Positions 11,311 to 20,420 of a stretch of 29,183 nt of DNA are shown piece by piece. The DNA is taken from positions 1-29,183 of the IMG/VR virus record IMGVR_UViG_3300038673_000364; one strand, written 5' to 3'. Below the pieces are notes generated by a model. It had not been told where the DNA came from. It made no database searches and worked only from the letters and a program-made list of their open reading frames with translations. The stretch is from a virus (taxonomy: Duplodnaviria; Caudoviricetes). The position numbers were made by a program, and so were the translations under genes. Numbering within the stretch: the first letter of the stretch is position 1; every line of letters begins with the position of its first letter.

Positions 11311-13375
11311 CTTTTTCTCAGTCTGTTTTAGGTATTACCCCATAATGTCTATATCCATTACTATCTGTCCATCACCCAAAATCTCTAAAGTTTTTAGCTA
11401 CTTCCTGTCTTTCAACTGGAACTTTTGAAGATAACTCTTCATCTGCCAGTTCAGCCATAATCATAGCAGCAACAATATCAAACTCTCTTTTTCTTTCATC
11501 AGAGTATCCTAATAGTTGTTCTAACATTTCTCTAAATGTTATTGTATTAGCATAGTCTAAACAAAAATCATAGACAAGTTCTCTACCGTGATTTATAGTT
11601 TTTTCATTAGATGGTGCTCCATACATATTAGAATTAGACTTAGAAACATCAGATAGTGTAGCTCTAGGTCTCTTCATAAGCATGTACATATATTTTTTAT
11701 CTCTAAAATATGTAAGTAAGGCTGTTCTGGTAGATTCAAGAACTGCTTTTGCTCCATTATAATATGTTAGTAGTTTTGCTGCATTCTCGTAAGCTTCTCT
11801 AGGATCTTTTGGTCTATCCTTATACATAGCTACATATTGTGGAGGATTTAAACCAAATACTCTTTTCTTTATAAGAATACAGAAATCTGATAATTTGCTT
11901 TGTTCCAATGTTGCTGAATCTTTAGAACCTATATCTATAGAGTCTATACCTCCTACATATAAATTGTTAAATCCAGCCCCACTATCTCCTAATAAAGGAT
12001 GTTCTGCTATATATATATTACCATTTGGATCTTCTCTTCATAAAACTTTTCCAGTTCTTTCTCCTCTATTTTCTCCATCCTTATATGTTTCCCAAATTAA
12101 ATATCCTCTTTTAGGAGGATCTATAGTTTTATATATATCCAATGCAGTAAGCTGTTCTGTCAACTCTTCTCTTGGAAACATATTATCTTCCTTTTGAAGA
12201 AGTGCTTCTTCTATGGTAAAACAGAATTCAGTTTTATAGTTCATGAATTCTTTGGGATCTAAAGCTTTCTTTTCTCTTTCTTTATTATACCATTCTATAG
12301 CTTTATCCCTATTACAATATCCTCTGTTGTCAATTAAAGAATAGACAATTCTATATGCTGGAATAAACATTCCAGTAGTTTTATATGAGCCGTCAGCTGT
12401 GAAATTGTGTTTTACTGGGAGAAGATTAAAAGATTCTGGACTAGTAATCATATTTTTTAATCCTTCCATAGATCCAGCTTTAGATGAACCACCAGTACCA
12501 AAAGCTATTCGCATACCAACTCTTTTTCCACCTAACACAGTTATAAGAGCTTCTCCCTTCGTTCATTTCCTAGAAAGTTCTGGATCTGCTCCAGCCTCCT
12601 CATAGATTAACATTTGTACACGGTCACCTCTTAACTTATCTGGTTCATCTACGATTATTCCTTGTATTTCAGACATTCGTCCTATTTCAGCTGAATCTTT
12701 TGTTTTTTTAGAAGCTCTTTTATGAGTATTAGTATTTATTACCATTCTTACCCTTTTTAAAGCTCCTTCAGTATTTTCATTAAGTCAGTCTAATTGGTAT
12801 CATAGTTTTAATAGTGTTGGATCTAAGTGTTTTTTAGAATAAGCAGTAACTAATATCCTATAGTTAGGAATCATAGTATAGTGATTTACTGCTATAGCTG
12901 AAGCCATTTCTGAAAATCCAAGTCCCCTAGACTTTAATACTGCAACATCTTTACCTAACAACTGACACATTTCTATATAATGGAAATATTCATATTGAAA
13001 AACTAGAAAAGATGGAAAACCATAAGTTTGATTAATAGTATCTATCTCAGAAGTTTTTAGATTATAGAAATTTAAAAAGAAATAATTATCTCCTGTTATT
13101 TTATAACCATTCACTTCATAACCTTCTATACACCTCCTCATTCTTTCATCCCAGAATTCTTTATATTTTCTAGTTCCATATATTGTATTAGAATATCTTC
13201 CAGTGGATTGTTTCCTAATAGCATCTTCTCTAAATCAATCAGGATTAAAATCTAAACCTTCCTTGTCATTTATAGGTCTATACTTTGTCAAGAAATATGA
13301 TTTCTCTATATCAAAACAATCTATAGTATCGTTAGGCCCATAGTCTCAATACTGTCCTTCTATTATTGCTCCCAT
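11255..13375 (-). CDS. terL: Terminase large subunit, ~706 aa (TGA=Trp)
   Basis: Four ORF-track fragments lie in one frame. Walker A LKSRGLGFS, Walker B LIYEEAG, motif C FGTGG, nuclease YVGGIDSID and FDIVAA. TGAs at 13346, 13235, 12800, 12785, 12563, 12038, 11372, 11318, 11276. Confidence 0.93.
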
Positions 13376-13377
13376 AA

Positions 13378-13947
13378 CTAATCATAAAATCCTGGCTCTA
13401 CGTCACCTCGTAAAGTAGTTTCATTAGACAACCCCTCTTTAACTTCCTTCTCTAACTCATTAATAGAAATTATAAGATCTTTAGCACCCTTGATTTCAGC
13501 GATAATATCTTTAGTTTTAAATATAGGTTTACCATCTTTCCTTTCATTTACATCTACATTTTTTAGATAATAAATAACATTATCAATTGTAGTCATACAA
13601 GCTTTTAACAGTCTTATAGATTGATTTTTTTCTTGTAAGTCATTGTATTTATTACATGCTTCTATAAATAAAGGATCTTCTAATTCTTTATCTGTTAGTC
13701 CTGAATCTTCAATGGCTGCTAATCTTCTATCTTCTTCAGAAAACTTGAAATATGGACTTTCTCAGTCAAAATATAAGAACATAAATATGAATTCTTTTTG
13801 TGCTAGTTCTTGATTTTCTCCTGAAGGATCAGATTTTGTCTTATTCCTTTTAGGATTTAATAAAGCTCTGAATTCTTTTATTACTAATACTCGATCATCT
13901 AGGATTTCCACATTATTAGTTTCCCTATTAAATTTAAAATATTGCAT
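13378..13947 (-). CDS. Conserved crAss-like protein upstream of terL, 189 aa; candidate terminase small subunit (TGA=Trp)
   Basis: Joins 13762..13947 and 13378..13596 through FD(W)ESPY. Predicted helical and directly upstream of terL. The TerS call rests on position only. Confidence 0.6.
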
Positions 13948-13949
13948 AT

Positions 13950-15470
13950 TTATTTATTTTTACATCCACAAGAACAAACTTCAACTATTGTTCCTCCAGC
14001 TTCTTTCTTAAGAACAAGATCACAACCACACTTGCATTTTCTGTTCTTTTTACTTTTTAACTGTTTAAGCTTCATTCCCTTCTTAGCATATTCTACTTTC
14101 TCAGGAGTCTTAGACTTTATATATTCTTCTACAACAGTAGTAGGTGACTTTTTAAACTCTTCCCAGAATTCTGGAGAATCAACTTCACTTATAGCATCAA
14201 CTAAAAACCCAGCATACTCTTCCTTTATATTACCTTCATCATCTACTATATCTTCTTCATTTAATCCACTTGCTTTTAAGAGTTCTGCTGCAAAGTTTAC
14301 TATTAACTGTTCTCTATCTTCTGATTCATCATTCATATCTATAGTTCCACCTTCTTGTTTTTTACTAGCTAGTGAATCTAGCAATTTAAATTTATATTTA
14401 TACCTAGCTAAATCTTCTGGGCTAGTAACTCTATCTCCAGATGGCATAGTATATATAGTATCAGCTTTAGGTGTTAATGGGTTAACAATCTTTCTTTGGG
14501 AAGTTAGAGTTCCATTACCATATGGGATTTTTTTAACAATCTCTGAATAGATTGCATCTCCTCACGGTCTTCTATAAGAATAACCATATTCTTCAGAATT
14601 CAATTGTACTTTATTATCAGGTCTCATACCTAGTATGGCTTGAATAATATTTAATCTTGGAATAGAGCCTCCTTTTTTATAACTATTTATTCAATTTTTA
14701 TTAATACGTGATTCCCAATTAGTGCCTTTCTGATAAAAATTATTTGAAGCTGCAACATCATTAGATGGCATATAAGTATTAGTTGGTATAAAATACGTAT
14801 TCGGAGTTTTTTCAGAATAATTACTTGGAGGAGGAGGCACTAGTCCAAAATAATACCATATATTTTGTCTTGCGCCTCATCCATTAGGAGGTGTAAGATA
14901 ACTATTTGGAACACTCTTTTTATTATTTGTATTTACTATTCCAGTGGTAGTCTTAGTATTTTTTGTTGAAGACTTAGATTTAGATTCTGTAGATGTCTCT
15001 GCACTAGTATTACTAGAAGTATTATCTACAGGCTGTTGTAAAATAATATTTCGTATATTTTTTCACTCTTCTCATCCTCCAACAGGAGTAAAATATTTAT
15101 CTGAGCCACTTTGGTTATTACCTGAATCTGCTATTTCAGTAGTATATAGTTTTCCTTTATATTTAAAAGTTTTAAGACCACTCTGCCTAGCCTTTGAAAA
15201 AGCTTGTCCAAAAGAAAGATTATCAAGACTATTAATATCACTATTAAACTTATTAGTAACTGTACCTAAACTTGGAGTAGCAGCTGGTACCTGTATTTGA
15301 GAAAGTCTGTCTCTCCGTGCAGTCTCTTCTGCATCTTTTGCTATTGCATCTGAAATTTGAGCTTGCTGTGCACGTCATTCAGCCTGATTAGCCCTAGCTT
15401 CAGCCATTATTTGTTGTGGAGTCTTACCTCCTGGTTGAAATTTTTTTACTTTTTCTTTATTGTATTTCAT
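13950..15470 (-). CDS. Low-complexity putative internal virion/cargo protein, 506 aa (TGA=Trp)
   Basis: ATG 15470 is in frame with ORF 13950..14447; six TGAs. Recurrent xxxGG motifs (FQPGG, YKKGG, QEGG, EAGG), a SFGQAFSKARQSGLKTFKYKGKLYTT motif, and a C-terminal CKCGC...CSCGC. Confidence 0.72.
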
Positions 15471-15500
15471 ATTGATTAAGTTTACTCAGTTTGAGTAATA

Positions 15501-15707
15501 TTAAAGTTTAGTCAAGTCTTTGGTATTTCATATTGCCTCTTGCAATTCTCCATCTTTTGTAAATCATCTACATAATATACCCTGAAAATAAGGGTTTTCT
15601 TTAAAATATCTAGTTACTTTCTTAACTACCAACATAGTTGGTTTATTTGGCATATCCTTTTTTAATGTAACCAGATCTCCTGGCAAAAAATAAACTTTGT
15701 CTTCCAT
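15501..15707 (-). CDS. YodC/DUF2158-like small protein, 68 aa (two TGA=Trp)
   Basis: MEDKVYFLPGDLVTLKKDMPNKPTMLV...GIICR(W)FTKDGELQEAI(W)NTKDLTKL*. The family's CxWF Trp is encoded by TGA. Confidence 0.7.
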
Positions 15708-16261
15708 TACTTTATCCCCATCCTTATCTTTAAATCATTATTTATAATAGCTATAATCTGCGGCTCAGAAGTTACTAGATAGCCTAGATTCATAAAAGGG
15801 AGTGGATACACTGTTCTAGAATCATAGTACACATCATCTCCTATTTTTATATATTTAACATCTGGGCCAATTTCTACTACTTTAGCACAAGCAACTAGTT
15901 CTTTAGCTTGATCTATCTCTCCTGTATCAGTATTAAAGTATTTTCCGTTTGGTTCTATAAAAATACCAGTATCAGTTACTACTTTTACATAAGGATTAGA
16001 CGGATAAGGCATCAAAATTAACCTATTTCCATTAGGAATTAGTTCTAATCCTTCTAATCTTGCTTCAATTTCTTTTTGTTTTGCTAAGTGTGCTTCTTTT
16101 AATTTTTGTGCTAGCTCTTCAGCTTTCTTTTCTTCTTCTAATTTTCTAGCTTCAGCAGCTATTGGGTTAGTAGGAACTACTATATTTTTTGACATATTCC
16201 ATTTACCCCTAAGTTGATCTAATTCATTTCCCATAATTTCATTACCATTAATTGTTTTCAT
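15707..16261 (-). CDS. GroES/Cpn10-like co-chaperonin with N-terminal coiled-coil extension
   Basis: LIPNGNRLIL...TDTGIFI...AKVVEIGPDVKYIKIGDDVYY matches the Cpn10 pattern. Confidence 0.7.
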   Translation of the reverse strand: MKTINGNEIMGNELDQLRGKWNMSKNIVVPTNPIAAEARKLEEEKKAEELAQKLKEAHLAKQKEIEARLEGLELIPNGNRLILMPYPSNPYVKVVTDTGIFIEPNGKYFNTDTGEIDQAKELVACAKVVEIGPDVKYIKIGDDVYYDSRTVYPLPFMNLGYLVTSEPQIIAIINNDLKIRMGIK

Positions 16262-16309
16262 TATTAAAATCTCTATTTTTTTCTTACCTGAGTATAATAT
16301 TTATAACAT

Positions 16310-16582
16310 CTACCACTTTTTCAATGGACAATGAGCCTCAGGTACTCTTGTTTTTGCCATAATGCGGCAGTTACAACCATTTATATAACCATCTATCTGT
16401 ATAAGGGATAATTCTCCAGTTTTTGGATTTATCCATTTATGCTTATCACATATCTCTCCAAGTATCCTGTCTTTAGTTAATAATTTGCACTCTCTACAAA
16501 TCTTTATTCTTTCATTAAAGAGGTCTTGCTCTTGATTTAGTAACTCTTTAATATGTCCAGATATTATTTGATCCAGCCCCAT
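16310..16582 (-). CDS. Cys-rich putative Zn-binding protein, 90 aa
   Basis: RIKICREC...ICD...GCNC...AKTR...CPLKKW pattern. Confidence 0.75.
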   Translation of the reverse strand: MGLDQIISGHIKELLNQEQDLFNERIKICRECKLLTKDRILGEICDKHKWINPKTGELSLIQIDGYINGCNCRIMAKTRVPEAHCPLKKW

Positions 16583-17496
16583 TGTTTATTCCTCCTTTTA
16601 TAATCCTCATATGCTATTTCTTTTTTGTAAAAGGAAAGCATTCTTTCTACATCATCTTTTCTATACTCACATTTATAAACTGTTTTGTTGTCATTATGAT
16701 CATGATGCAACAAATACAATCCTGTAACCTTTAAATTAGGATTATTTTTTTCTATAATCCAAGCGTAAGTAGATAATTGAAGTTCATAATGATAGTAATT
16801 TACATCATCTAAATGATTTAAAGGATAAAGCATCTTTTCACTTTTCTTCTTTTTTCTATCAAAATAAGATTTAGTCTTTATTTCAGCATTTGATTTATAA
16901 TCCAATATGATAACTTCATTACCATTTACTATTATAAGATCTGCTTGTCCAGCTAATCTAAGAATACCATCATCAGATACTCTACTTAATAAAGCTTCTG
17001 GTAATACATAGTATCCTTCTTCAATTTTATTAGAAGTATTTACAGAAAATTTTCCACCATCTGAAAATATTGGTAAATTATATTCTTTTAAAGCAGAGTA
17101 ATCTCCTGCTAAAGTTTTAAGTTCATAATCTTTATGAATTTTTGTACCTCTTGCACAAGCTCTTTCTCTCTTATCTCTCCACTCTTCTAATATAGTATCT
17201 ACCTGATTATTAAATACTTCCTCATCAATACTTAAGTCTTTTAAAATATTCATATTAAATACTTTAGTTTTTAATAAATCAGATTTAATATATTTAAAAT
17301 CTTCTGGATTTACTAAAGTTTCTAAAGCTTTATACTTACTCCAAAAATATTCATCAAAAACAGAAAATTTATGAATCAAAGTTGTTACCGATATACACTT
17401 TTGAAGATCTCCTTTAGTCCAATATGTATGATTTTCATCATTATAACTTACTTCATCATTCTCTTTATCTACTTGAAGTTTTTCAAATTCTAACAT
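16564..17496 (-). CDS. PD-(D/E)XK (Cas4/RecB-like) nuclease
   Basis: SVTTLI, RGTKIH, AGQADLI, ILDYKS and YELQLSTYAW motifs. All six Trp codons are TGG. Confidence 0.88.
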   Translation of the reverse strand: MLEFEKLQVDKENDEVSYNDENHTYWTKGDLQKCISVTTLIHKFSVFDEYFWSKYKALETLVNPEDFKYIKSDLLKTKVFNMNILKDLSIDEEVFNNQVDTILEEWRDKRERACARGTKIHKDYELKTLAGDYSALKEYNLPIFSDGGKFSVNTSNKIEEGYYVLPEALLSRVSDDGILRLAGQADLIIVNGNEVIILDYKSNAEIKTKSYFDRKKKKSEKMLYPLNHLDDVNYYHYELQLSTYAWIIEKNNPNLKVTGLYLLHHDHNDNKTVYKCEYRKDDVERMLSFYKKEIAYEDYKRRNKQWGWIK

Positions 17497-17533
17497 AATT
17501 ACACTTATTTATTTCTACTACATGTAGTACATG

Positions 17534-17541
17534 CAAAATTA
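17534..17541 (-). promoter_or_regulatory. Bacteroidota-type -7 promoter element TAATTTTG
   Basis: Matches TAnnTTTG followed by CA. Intergenic, ~37 nt upstream of the nuclease ATG and just downstream of a terminator. Confidence 0.6.
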
Positions 17542-17576
17542 CAACTAATTTATAGAATAAATTATAAAATAGTGTT

Positions 17577-17629
17577 AAAATAAAAATAAGCATACTACTA
17601 ATAATCTCTATTAAAAGTAATATGCTTAT
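17577..17629 (-). terminator. Intrinsic terminator after phoH
   Basis: - strand ATAAGCATATTACT...AGTAGTATGCTTAT stem followed by TTTTATTTT. Confidence 0.65.
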
Positions 17630-17661
17630 ACAAAAAATTTATATTTAATTATTAGTATGTA

Positions 17662-18345
17662 CTATATCCCATTCTCTCGTAACTTTATAAGTATCTTTGG
17701 GATTATAGGATTTCTAACGCAATCTTCATCTGTAAATTCTATAGTTCCTACTAATGGATCATCCTTAAATATATCGAATATCTTTTCTAATGGAGAGTCT
17801 TCCATTTTCTTTCTATCTATTTGTTCAGTATCTCCCATTAGTATATACTTACTTTTGTTACCTATTCTAGTAATTAATGTTTTAAAAGTGTGAAAAGATA
17901 AATTCTGCACCTCATCAATAATAACAATACTATTGTCTATACTTATACCTCTAGCAAAAGCTATAGGAAGAACACTAATCAACTTTTTATCCATTAAAGA
18001 TTTAGCTGCACCTTCTCCACATAGTTTATCTATATTCCAAGTAAAACTCATAATATATGGATCTAATTTTTTAGATACATCTCCAGGTAATGCTCCCAAA
18101 TCTTCTTCTGGCACAACTGTTAAACTTTTAATAACTATAATTTGTTTATAATATCCACCAAGTAAATCAAGTGCTTTTGCTAAAGCTACATAAGTTTTTC
18201 CACTACCTGATGGCCCTTTACAGATAACTATTTCTTTTTTATCTATTAAATCAATAAAATCTTCTTGCTTTTTAGTTTTAGGTTGAAAATCTTTAACTAA
18301 TGACTCCTGATAATAACTAGGGAGTCTGTTCTTTTGTTTACCCAT
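17662..18345 (-). CDS. phoH: PhoH-like ATPase, 227 aa
   Basis: GPSGSGKT, LGALPGD, FARGISI, IIDEVQN, MGDTEQID and DCVRNPII. Likely start is ATG 18345, not the ORF-track start. Confidence 0.93.
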   Translation of the reverse strand: MGKQKNRLPSYYQESLVKDFQPKTKKQEDFIDLIDKKEIVICKGPSGSGKTYVALAKALDLLGGYYKQIIVIKSLTVVPEEDLGALPGDVSKKLDPYIMSFTWNIDKLCGEGAAKSLMDKKLISVLPIAFARGISIDNSIVIIDEVQNLSFHTFKTLITRIGNKSKYILMGDTEQIDRKKMEDSPLEKIFDIFKDDPLVGTIEFTDEDCVRNPIIPKILIKLRENGI

Positions 18346-18373
18346 GTTCAGATTAATAGTATTTTTATTTAAT

Positions 18374-18405
18374 AATATAACCTGCCATAGATAGCAGGTT
18401 ATATT
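18374..18405. terminator. 12-bp perfect hairpin upstream of phoH (terminator or processing signal)
   Basis: AATATAACCTGC-8 nt-GCAGGTTATATT, with only a weak U-tract. Confidence 0.45.
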
Positions 18406-18488
18406 GACTAAGTCATTGATTAATATGAATACAATCACTTCCTAGAGATATATATATAAATCTCTCTCTTTTTCATATATCATACTGA

Positions 18489-18653
18489 CTATTGTGTAAA
18501 ACTATTTTTATCTTGAGGTTCTATACCAAGAATAATATCTACCATCTTCTTATTTAATCGATCCTCAAATTTTTCTTTTTTTAATATATAATTAATATAT
18601 ACTATCCAAAAAGGCTCCATGATTTTATATATACACTTTTTAAAATATATCAT
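18489..18653 (-). CDS. Hypothetical protein, 54 aa
   Basis: ATG to TAG open frame below the ORF-track cutoff; co-oriented with its neighbours. Confidence 0.45.
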   Translation of the reverse strand: MIYFKKCIYKIMEPFWIVYINYILKKEKFEDRLNKKMVDIILGIEPQDKNSFTQ

Positions 18654-18667
18654 ATTTACTTAATATA

Positions 18668-18844
18668 TTAAGCTTTTTTATATAAAATTCTCCATTCTTC
18701 AGTATCTCCAGCAAGTTCTGGACAATTCTCTAAAAGAACCTCTCTAATTTTTTTATTAGAAGGATTTCCTAATTTTAGTCTTATCTCTTTATAAGAATAT
18801 CCTTTTTTTCTTAATTCTATTATCCTTAAATCAAGTTCTAGCAT
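18668..18844 (-). CDS. Small helix-turn-helix protein, 58 aa
   Basis: IIELRKKGYSYKEIRLKLGNPS is an HTH-like pattern; ATG at 18844. Confidence 0.65.
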   Translation of the reverse strand: MLELDLRIIELRKKGYSYKEIRLKLGNPSNKKIREVLLENCPELAGDTEEWRILYKKA

Positions 18845-18891
18845 GTTAATTATTTCTAAATACAATAGACACTGTTTTAATCTATTTCATG

Positions 18892-18962
18892 CACCTTCTA
18901 AGGGATTCAAACCCCTACTAATTGTTTTGAAGACAATTGTGCTGTCGTTACACTAAGAAGGC
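18892..18962 (-). tRNA. Opal-decoding tRNA, anticodon UCA (tRNA-Trp/Sup)
   Basis: GCCTTCT TA GTGT AACGACA GCAC A ATTGT CT-TCA-AA ACAAT TAGT AGGGG TTTGAAT CCCTT AGAAGGT G forms a full cloverleaf. Short variable loop, G73 discriminator, anticodon at 18928-18930, CCA not encoded. Confidence 0.93.
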
Positions 18963-18976
18963 ATATTATAAAGGGA

Positions 18977-19183
18977 CTATAAAAGCCCCTTTATTTCTTC
19001 TAAATAATCTTTAAGTTTATTGACGGATCCATAATAATATCTTCTATCAATTTCTGGATCAGAAAATATTTCAAAACTGGAACCATCCAATTCATCTAAC
19101 CTCACAAACCAGTTACCATTTTGAAACTCATTTTCAGATATTTCTTTGAAATTGAACTCATTTAATATATCTCTAATTACCAT
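18977..19183 (-). CDS. Hypothetical protein, 68 aa
   Basis: Intact ORF with TAG stop, directly upstream of the tRNA. Confidence 0.7.
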   Translation of the reverse strand: MVIRDILNEFNFKEISENEFQNGNWFVRLDELDGSSFEIFSDPEIDRRYYYGSVNKLKDYLEEIKGLL

Positions 19184-19187
19184 ATTA

Positions 19188-19195
19188 CAAAGTTA
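19188..19195 (-). promoter_or_regulatory. Bacteroidota-type -7 element TAACTTTG
   Basis: TAnnTTTG only 4 nt before ATG 19183, with an AT-rich intergenic stretch upstream. Confidence 0.55.
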
Positions 19196-19268
19196 TGAAA
19201 TTTATTTTTATTAATTTATTAAAATAATATTTTTAATAAAATAATTAATTAACTATACCCTTATTTGA

Positions 19269-19451
19269 CTACTTAAAAAATACTTTATTAATCATAACCA
19301 ATTCTTCGGGTTCAGAGTCATCACAGTATTCAAATATATCAATTCCATCTCTAGTTTCAACAGTTAAGCACCTTTTACCCTCTATTTTTGGAGGCACTCC
19401 TAAAGATACAGGATGATATATATATATTTTTCTAGTCGATACCAAGTTCAT
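19269..19451 (-). CDS. Hypothetical protein, 60 aa
   Basis: Intact ORF overlapping the upstream gene. Confidence 0.6.
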   Translation of the reverse strand: MNLVSTRKIYIYHPVSLGVPPKIEGKRCLTVETRDGIDIFEYCDDSEPEELVMINKVFFK

Positions 19452-19680
19452 TTTTAGTCTCCTTTATCATTTGATCTAAAACTATTCTTTCTATTTCGTC
19501 TATTGCTTTATCAAGGAATCCATAAGAAGCCATTAGTTCTACATCTACAATAGTTTCTACATTCTTTTTTACTTTGTATTCTATGTATATAATATTATCT
19601 ATTCTTTCATACACCCTTTCTAATTTATACTGACTATCAAATATTAAATTCAGTACGTCTAAAAAATTCTTTAATTTCAT
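19432..19680 (-). CDS. Hypothetical protein, 82 aa
   Basis: Intact ORF with TAG stop. Confidence 0.7.
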   Translation of the reverse strand: MKLKNFLDVLNLIFDSQYKLERVYERIDNIIYIEYKVKKNVETIVDVELMASYGFLDKAIDEIERIVLDQMIKETKNELGID

Positions 19681-19829
19681 TGTTTATACATTGTTATTGT
19701 TAATATTAATTCATTTTCGTCACCAAATATAGAATATTCTATTCTATCTTCTGATTCTGACTTTGTGTATCTAAATTCTGCCTCAGCTAATTCAGATATA
19801 TACTTAGATAATAGTTCTATATCATTCAT
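19677..19829 (-). CDS. Hypothetical protein, 50 aa (52 aa if the TGA is read through)
   Basis: MNDIELLSKYISELAEAEFRY...TMYKQ then TGA AAT TAA. TAATG coupling at the start and ATGA coupling at the end. Confidence 0.65.
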   Translation of the reverse strand: MNDIELLSKYISELAEAEFRYTKSESEDRIEYSIFGDENELILTITMYKQ

Positions 19830-20101
19830 TACTCTAGTAATTTATTAACTGTGGTAAGATATATCTTTAATAGTTCTAATTTATCTGCTTTTACAACTGT
19901 TTTATACTCTGGAGGTACTATATACTCTGGAGCAGGTGTCCAATCTGTTTCAAAGTGAGGTCTAATTTCCTCCTTCTCTTTTTCTTCTAGTATTTCAGCT
20001 TCAAGCTTTTCACTGTAACTTTTTAAAAACAATTCTAGTTTGTTAGATATATTTCTAACTACTGATTCTAAGTTGTCAATTCTCTTATTAACATCTTCCA
20101 T
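19829..20101 (-). CDS. Hypothetical protein, 90 aa (first gene of the leftward arm)
   Basis: Intact ORF with a coiled-coil-like N-terminus. Confidence 0.7.
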   Translation of the reverse strand: MEDVNKRIDNLESVVRNISNKLELFLKSYSEKLEAEILEEKEKEEIRPHFETDWTPAPEYIVPPEYKTVVKADKLELLKIYLTTVNKLLE

Positions 20102-20205
20102 AAATTCATATTTTAAATTGATTATAATATATCTTAAATAGTATTAAATTAAGTTAACAAATTATTTAACTTAATTTTTAACATCTATAATATCCTAGTT
20201 GCATA

Positions 20206-20213
20206 CAAAAGTA
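20206..20213 (-). promoter_or_regulatory. Bacteroidota-type -7 element TACTTTTG
   Basis: TAnnTTTG about 105 nt upstream of ATG 20101, with TTTA at roughly the -33 position. Confidence 0.5.
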
Positions 20214-20420
20214 TAAACTTGTTTTTATGTAAAATACTAATTATAAATATTTTTAATATCTAAGTTTCTTATTAATATAGAATACAATAATTAGTATATA
20301 AAAAATTATTTATGTACTTTTAAGATGATCAAACTACTCTGTAACTTATAGATAAAATTTCTTGAAAAAATGCAATTTATGAATTAGTATTGTATATATT
20401 ATATTATATATACATAATAG

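Noticed and set aside
8868-13375. terL and portal as pseudogenes or intron-split genes
   Set aside because: All fragments are in one frame and separated only by single TGA codons, with no inserted sequence. Recoding explains them.
528-18151. + strand ORFs in the left arm (e.g. 528..860, 1866..2153, 11895..12197, 13942..14550, 14944..15300, 17933..18151)
   Set aside because: They are antisense shadows of well-supported - strand genes and have no motifs of their own.
18845-18891. HDV-like (theta) ribozyme in the tRNA 3' trailer
   Set aside because: The trailer is short and AT-rich with only a weak hairpin; no nested double pseudoknot is visible.
18892-18962. Selenocysteine tRNA
   Set aside because: It has a 7-bp acceptor stem and a 4-nt variable loop with no long extra arm, and the TGA codons align with Trp, not Cys.
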